Assembly (NCBI GenBank): GCA_951406725.2
Contig: OX597817.1
Coordinates: 72,354,001 to 72,418,000 of the forward strand
Reading direction: 5' to 3'
From: Octopus vulgaris
Lineage: Eukaryota
Length of the DNA: 64,000 nucleotides
The notes beneath the pieces are model-generated. The model saw nothing but the letters and a program-made list of their open reading frames with translations, was not told the DNA's origin and ran no database searches. Shown here piece by piece: positions 57,438 to 64,000 of this stretch (its first letter is position 1; each line of letters begins with the position of its first letter). Made by a program: the position numbers and the translations under genes.

Positions 57438-58189
57438 TGGCGCTTCAACCTTGAACTGCTTCGACCCAACCTTCTAATTGTTAACAGTGTGTATATTATT
57501 CTTGTTACTGTCAATACAACAGACTTCCTAATTTTCTCTCTCCTTCTCTTCTTTTTCCCCTCCCTCTTTTCCCCCTCCCCTCTCTCTTTTTCTCTCACCG
57601 TCTCTCCTCTCTCTACCCCTCTCCCTCTCTCTCTCTCATGTACATACTGTCACTTTCTCTTATGATAATGTACGTATATGAACAACAATCAAAACTCTTG
57701 CGGTGGCTATGGTGATTGTATGAAAATACTTGTCTTCCTTTCGTAGCTTTTGAATGATGTCACTGCCTCAAACCTTTACCCTCTGGCAATATCTGTGAAA
57801 TAACTATAAGACAATTTTTTTTCTGATTGTGTTAATAGTTATCACCTGATACTAGTAAAACTTTAAGTATTTCGCCCCCCTAATCACTACCACCACCACG
57901 TATTTGGATTTGTATTATCGTTACTCATTATTGTAGAGGTCTGTCATGTGATGTATTCCCCAGACAAGGCGCGACAATATGGTTACATTCTGGGTGTCGT
58001 AGCGATAGTGTCTACTGAGGTAGGAAACGTGTCCATGACTGCCCTCTTATCTTTTTACTTAATGGCATGTCAAGCATTGGGGAATTTCTTGATCCTTGAG
58101 ATTACCTCCCGTTTTTCTCATAAGGGTCTATTCCGGGCATTTAGTAATCGTGAAATAACATGTAGAGGCTGAGATAATTTTGATTAATC

Positions 58190-58301
<112 letters not shown>

Positions 58302-58385
58302 ATACATACATACATATTCTTTTATTCTTTTACTTGTTTCAATCATTTTGATCGCCTTTTAGTCGAAGAAATCGACCCCTGGACT

Positions 58386-58442
<57 letters not shown>

Positions 58443-61400
58443 CATATATATGCTAATGGCCGCTCTTGAGGTATTTGCATTTGTTTAGCTTATAATATTA
58501 TTACACATTTTCCTGCGGTCTGCCTATTTTTGTTCCTGTGTTACGGCAAAAAAGGTAATGGGTAGAGTGGAGAAAATAGAGAGAGAGGGGGGAGAGAGAA
58601 GGAAATAAAGAAAGAAATGTAATTAGTAGAGTCAGTGAAAAAGAAATAGAGAGAAACACGAGAGTGAGAGAGAGGAAAAAATAGAGGAAAGAGAGGTTCG
58701 GAGAGAAGTTCTAAATTATTCTGCATTTGTATTTTCACATCGCAGTCACGATCTAAATGTTTAACACAGTGTTTCCCAAACTTTTCGCCCCAAATTGCAA
58801 TATCGCCCCACCAATACTAAATCCCGTAGGAGAAACCTCGTATCATTTGACATACACTCTATATCGTAGACACGTTGCACTGTTAGTGCCGTTTGGACTA
58901 AATATGCAGTTGTTTACAAACCCCTTATTGTGGGTTTAGTTTTGCCATTAGTGTGAATAAGATTCTAGCGTTAACTCTATATTATACAGACAGATTAACT
59001 TCAGTAAACTTTCGCTTTCTTTTACACTGATTTTTATTTTCCCCAAATGAACCAGTGATCAGAACTACAGATGCAAAAATAATTAATGATTGTTTTATAA
59101 AGGAAAAGAATACAACTTTTTAATGAGAACCATATGCCTGGTGTGATGCTGCTAGTGCAGATACATTCGGTTCCAAACTCGTCAACTTTAGCCGCAAGTC
59201 TCCTCGTTGTGTCTCGTTCTGTCCAATTCTTTTGTGGGAAATTAAAGTTCCAACATGGCTATGTAAGAGTTACGTAATTCGAAACAGGTTTATCATTGCC
59301 TATTTTACGTTGGCGAGCCATGGGAGTTACCCACAATGATCTTCTTTAGTAAATATTCTAAAAGCTTCCAAGAAAGCGGATTTATGTCCCTTTTACTAAT
59401 CTCATTGAGCCGCGGAATGTTCTAGAAGGGGGTGTCAGAAGTCTTTGGGGCTATATATATTGAATAGCAGCGGGATTTCAATCTCTCTTCGACCTGAACA
59501 CGTCTGAGTTTGAGAGCATACAGATTTTACTACAAGTGGCCTAAGCAAACGAATGCCTCCGACGAGCAGCCTAGTATTACAAAGTTATCAAGTCGCACAC
59601 CATGTGCACGACTTATTCTTTCACTCTCGTACATTTAGCTTCCTCACACAGAACGCGACAAGGCAAGATAGTATGTACACTTTCTCATTCATGTACCGTT
59701 TCAACCGAAGTATGTCATTGGTGAATTCCTACATTTTCTGAATTGTATTAAATTATTTGTGAAGTTCAAGGAAGTTTCTTTCGTTCTTTTCAGCCAAGAA
59801 TGCTTTTGTCCTTTCGTAACACGAAGATTTTTGTTTCTTAATTAATCTCTGGTTCCAGTAGTAACAAGGCCATGTTATAGTCTTAATTCTTATTTCAATG
59901 ACTGAACGTTCAAGGTTACCGTAACCAACCATCATTTGTAACAGCTAAAACCAGTTTTAACAAGGAAAGGTAAGAAAAAGTAATTTCAGATGTTTCCACA
60001 GATTGGGGTAAGAATTCAATATACTTTGATGGTACCACAAACCTTCTTTGCCATTACGGCGATATCGCATTGTGGCGTCATTGTCATTTTGTAATTCTAT
60101 CAATTCCTCCTGAACATCGTCCTCGCAATCGACTAAACCGAGCTCAAACGGATTGCTATACCAATTTGGAATATTCAAAATAAAAATATTTCAAAATCGC
60201 TCCACTATGTCATCGTGCAATGATTGTAAATAGTTGCGATATGTAGTTAAATCCTCATCAACTAATTCATCTTTCAAGGAATCAAGTTGTGGAAATTGAT
60301 GGAATTGACGTTTTGAAATGTTAGTCTTATACAATACCAAGTTCGAAACGAAAGTAGTGATAAATGATTTACAATCAACGAGAGTTTTCCTGTTTCCTTG
60401 GAATAACTTATCCAAATCATTTAATTTTGTGAATATATCACAAAGAAAAGATATCGCACCTTGCACCCATCATTGAAGCGGATAGTGGAGTATCATCAAA
60501 GAAAGCTATGATTATCTGAGACAGTTCAACAAATTGTAAAACACAGTTTCCTTTTGACAGCCACCGCAGTTCGGTATGGTATAAGAGTATAGTCCTCATC
60601 ATTTCTCAGACAGAGTTGACGGAAAATTCGATCAGACAAGAGACTGGACTTCAATTTGTTCACTGTCTTGATAACTAACTGTAGCACATCATTCAATCTA
60701 CCGTTCATATTTTTTACCACTAAATGCTGCCGGTGTGCCAAGCAATGAACAGTTAGTATCTGGTGGGTAATTTCACGCTTTAGGAAAGATCTTCCTATCA
60801 TCAAAAGGGCTCCATCAAACGCACAAGTAAGAATATTACTAAGTGAGATATTATGTTCAAAAAGGAAAGATTTGGGAGTAGGAAAAATAGTTATACCTTT
60901 TGAATCAAGCGGCGATTTCTCTGTGAACAGCATTTCCTCACAAGGTTTCAACCGTGTGAGGAAATGCAGAAATACCAAACATATAACAGCATCAAGCATT
61001 GATTGTCCACAATTGACTCATCCACTTGTATAGAAAACTCAGAACGCTGAAGAATATTAAGGAGCTGATGTCTGACATCGTTGACCATTTCATCGATGCG
61101 TCGAGAAATCGTATTATTACTAAGTGGAATCTTCATAATGTTGTCGGTTTTTTTGTGCATAACGGCTCACAAAACCTCATCGGCAACCGGGCGAAATAAT
61201 GTTTCTCCAATTGTGTGAGACTTCCCAAACTTAGTAGCAAGTAATACAATGTTGTACGATGCAATCAACTTGTCGTTCTCTTGCTTACTAATTTCCTGGG
61301 AGTAGCGTGTTGAATGCTTTGCTAGCTTTTTGAAAGAGGTGCTCAGTTGCAAAAAGTATGACAACGGTTTGTCCCTCCTTTCGAAGTTTTGCATCAAAGT

Positions 61401-61731
61401 AATACTTCAAGCGTAAAGGTTTCATTGCTTCGTTGGTCAATGTTTGATGGCAAAGAAGGCACATTGGTAACTGGCAGTTCTGAAGCTAGGGGATAAATCC
61501 AAACGATAAATAATCACTACTGTACTGTCAACAATTTTTCTTGACTGGAGGCATCAGTAAAGTGTAAATATAAAAACAAATTTCTACGGACGGTGTCGGA
61601 AAGGTAGTATGGCATTCCCAAACAAAAGAAGTCAATAGAGCAGAGGCAGATAACACGTCTTTACCGGAGCAAATACGGATTTAGTTCGTTTGGCTGCCAG
61701 CATTTCAAAATTTAAAGTTTATCGAAAATTT

Positions 61732-61953
61732 ACATTATTTACATTTGACGGATACTTGTTCTCATCTTGTTTGTTATTAACACAACGTTTCGGCTGACAT
61801 ACCCTGCAGCCTTCATCAGATGTTTTGGGGAAATTTCGAACCTGGGCTCTCATTCCTAAGGTATTTTTCGATGTCATTATTATTCAGGTCACTTCCAGCA
61901 ATCGAACTCGGAATTAGTAATTCGCGGTCTTAACCACTACGCCATATGCCCGT
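61732..61953 (-). mobile_element. Family D copy 3: complete tRNA-head + (AAT)3 + hammerhead element
   Basis: Minus strand: GGGCATATGGCGTAGTGGTTAAG..GAGTTCGATTGC..GTGACCTG AATAATAAT GACATCGAAAAATACCTTAGG..hammerhead..CCGTCAAATGTAAATAATGTA. Confidence 0.85.
61779..61824 (-). ncRNA. Minimal type I hammerhead ribozyme, intact
   Basis: AACAU CUGAUGA A GGCUG caggguaugu CAGCC GAA ACGU U GUGUU: 5-bp stem I, 5-bp stem II, palindromic ACGU stem III, GUU site. Confidence 0.8.
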
Positions 61954-61957
61954 GGGC

Positions 61958-62017
<60 letters not shown>

Positions 62018-62546
62018 GTACCAGGCAGTGGCTCTCATGGCTTCTGATCTTAACTGATTGGAAGTGTTATCATGTACATTGTTTTGTCTTGGTATAAAAG
62101 ATGGGCTACAGCAAATACCACAGATTTGCTTGTCAGTTGTTTGACCATAACCAGTTGAGCATGTCCCTTAGTGGCTGACGATATGTGCATCTCTGATCAC
62201 AAGCAGAAGTAGTGGGGGAGCATCATAGCCATGTGTTGAGAGGAATTCTTTGGGGTTTGAATAGTTCACCTCTGGAAACATGGGTGGTTCTTTCAACATC
62301 CTTAAGCAACCCTTATTCAGGGACCGTTTGAGCGGGATGGGCTACTCAACCTGAAGAAAATTCTAACTGTGCCCCACCTGCAAGGTCATGTGCTGTTTAT
62401 CTTGATATGAGATCACCATGTCGCGCACATATGGTTGTGATGCATGTACCTGGTGTACCTTTATCAGACGGGTAGTCATGATGGGTATATTGGGCTTCGT
62501 ATATTTTACCCCAGTGTCACTTTGATGGCATGAACTGCTCTCTCAC

Positions 62547-62548
<2 letters not shown>
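62018..62548 (+). mobile_element. ~530-bp (AAT)n-embedded element, second copy
   Basis: Homologous to 31339-31833, with (AAT)n on both sides. Confidence 0.85.
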
Positions 62549-62631
<83 letters not shown>

Positions 62632-62635
<4 letters not shown>

Positions 62636-62818
62636 TCGTAAAATACCTTAGGAATGAGAACGTAGATTCGAAATTTCCCCAAGACACCTGATGAAGGCTG
62701 GAGAGTATATCAGGCGAAACGTTGTGTTAACAACAAACAAGATGAGAACAAATATCCGTCAAATGTAAATAATATAAATAATGTACATAATTCCTCATCT
62801 CTTAAATATAGAAACTGT
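62632..62818 (+). mobile_element. Family D copy 4 body with hammerhead at 62683-62728
   Basis: GACAC CUGAUGA A GGCUG gagaguauau CAGGC GAA ACGU U GUGUU; reverse complement of the copy 3 body. Confidence 0.85.
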
Positions 62819-63795
62819 TTTATCTAAAATTTTAAAATTTGGTACATTAATATACCTTTCCAAGCTAAATTGCTGGAGTTATTCAGCTTTTTCCCAGAAA
62901 AATGTTTTTAAAAAGTTATAGAGGTTTAAAGTTTGATCATTTTCACCCAGTCAAGAAACACGGTTTCAAAGCTGTCATTTTGTGCGTGACTACACATTTT
63001 GTCAACATCCTGAAAATAGCACTTGTGTTTTGATATGAAACATTAGAATTATGCACGATATATAACCCCTCATAACTTTTTTTTTTATTTTTCGAAGTTT
63101 TCAGAAAACTTTTGTGAATTTGTATTCTACACACGAGACTTCATACGATTATGAAAAAACAAAAAGAATTGTGTTGGAACGTGATTTAAGATCTAGGCCT
63201 ATTTAGCCGCTACTTTTAGCACATATGACAATCATCTCAATGACTGTGCAACAAAAATATTCGATTGATAAACAAGTCCGCTTTTTTTAATACAAATCGA
63301 TAAGTCAAATCGATAAAAGTGCATCTTTATTCTAGGCGTGTCAGATATAAGTAAATGTAGACTTAATCTCTAAAAATTCTTTGTCACCCTCAAAATATTC
63401 ACATCGCTCACCATTTTCTAGAAATTCACCCATTGCCCACCTGTTAGTTGAAATCGCCCACCGGTGGGCGGTATCGCCCACTTTGGGAAGCTATGGTTCA
63501 TAATGAGAGTGTAAAGAAAACCTATAAATTTATGTATTAAGATATACCGGTATATGGTAAAATTAAAGTCAAATAACCTTAATTAGCAAATAGCTGTGGA
63601 TGTTACTCATTTACCTTTTACGTGTTCCACACCAGAGTCTCTGGCCTTGCAGCAGCACTGATATCATTTTCTTTTTTGTGCATGTTCTTAGGTGTAAATG
63701 CTTATTGAATTGATGAGAGTAGACAGATACATACATCGACAGAAGGGACTGTAAATATGATAGTTGATTAGTGAGACAGACCGACAAAAACACAC

Positions 63796-64000
<205 letters not shown>

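Larger units (their letters stand above)
58767..63495 (-). mobile_element. hAT (Buster/Charlie, SCAND3/ZBED8-like) transposon, pseudogenised, with nested insertions
   Basis: TIRs CAGTGTTTCCCAAA / TTTGGGAAGCTATG. The transposase runs from MPPVKKN..YLSFGF..CLLC..NEAMKP (~61555) via KSHTIGETL, PLSNNTISRRI, FSIQVDES, DGA..MIG, VHCLAHRQHLV and LCDIFTKLN to RGDLRLKLTSLEPN..HQAYGSH* (~59120). The left flank GTTTAACA fits nnnTAnnn. Confidence 0.92.

Noticed and set aside
59957-61555. Domesticated ZBED/SCAND3-type host gene
   Set aside because: Multiple stops, frameshifts, an insertion and flanking TIRs indicate a dead transposon.

Overview
AT-rich, microsatellite-saturated eukaryotic DNA. The SINE families and repeat landscape look like an Octopus (coleoid cephalopod) genome; this is inferred from repeat content only. 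No intact host protein-coding gene is recognisable, and most ORFs in the track are translated (TA)n/(TACA)n/(CA)n/(AAT)n repeats. The window is a pile-up of decayed mobile DNA: two R4/Dong-type RLE LINEs, an RTE LINE, a Penelope GIY-YIG remnant, three common tRNA-derived SINE families, mariner, DD37E Tc1, maT-like, piggyBac-MITE and hAT/Buster elements, and Helitron/HINE-like elements. The most notable signal is about 12 minimal type I hammerhead-ribozyme motifs (CUGANGA...GAAAC-palindrome-UH), intact or decayed, in several repeat families. One family joins a Pol III tRNA-like head, an (AAT)n linker and a hammerhead, and occurs twice as a head-to-head inverted pair (43.3-43.9 kb and 61.7-62.8 kb): a candidate Penelope-mobilised ribozyme SINE/retrozyme. 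All motif calls were made by eye, and element boundaries are approximate unless a TIR or TSD is quoted.
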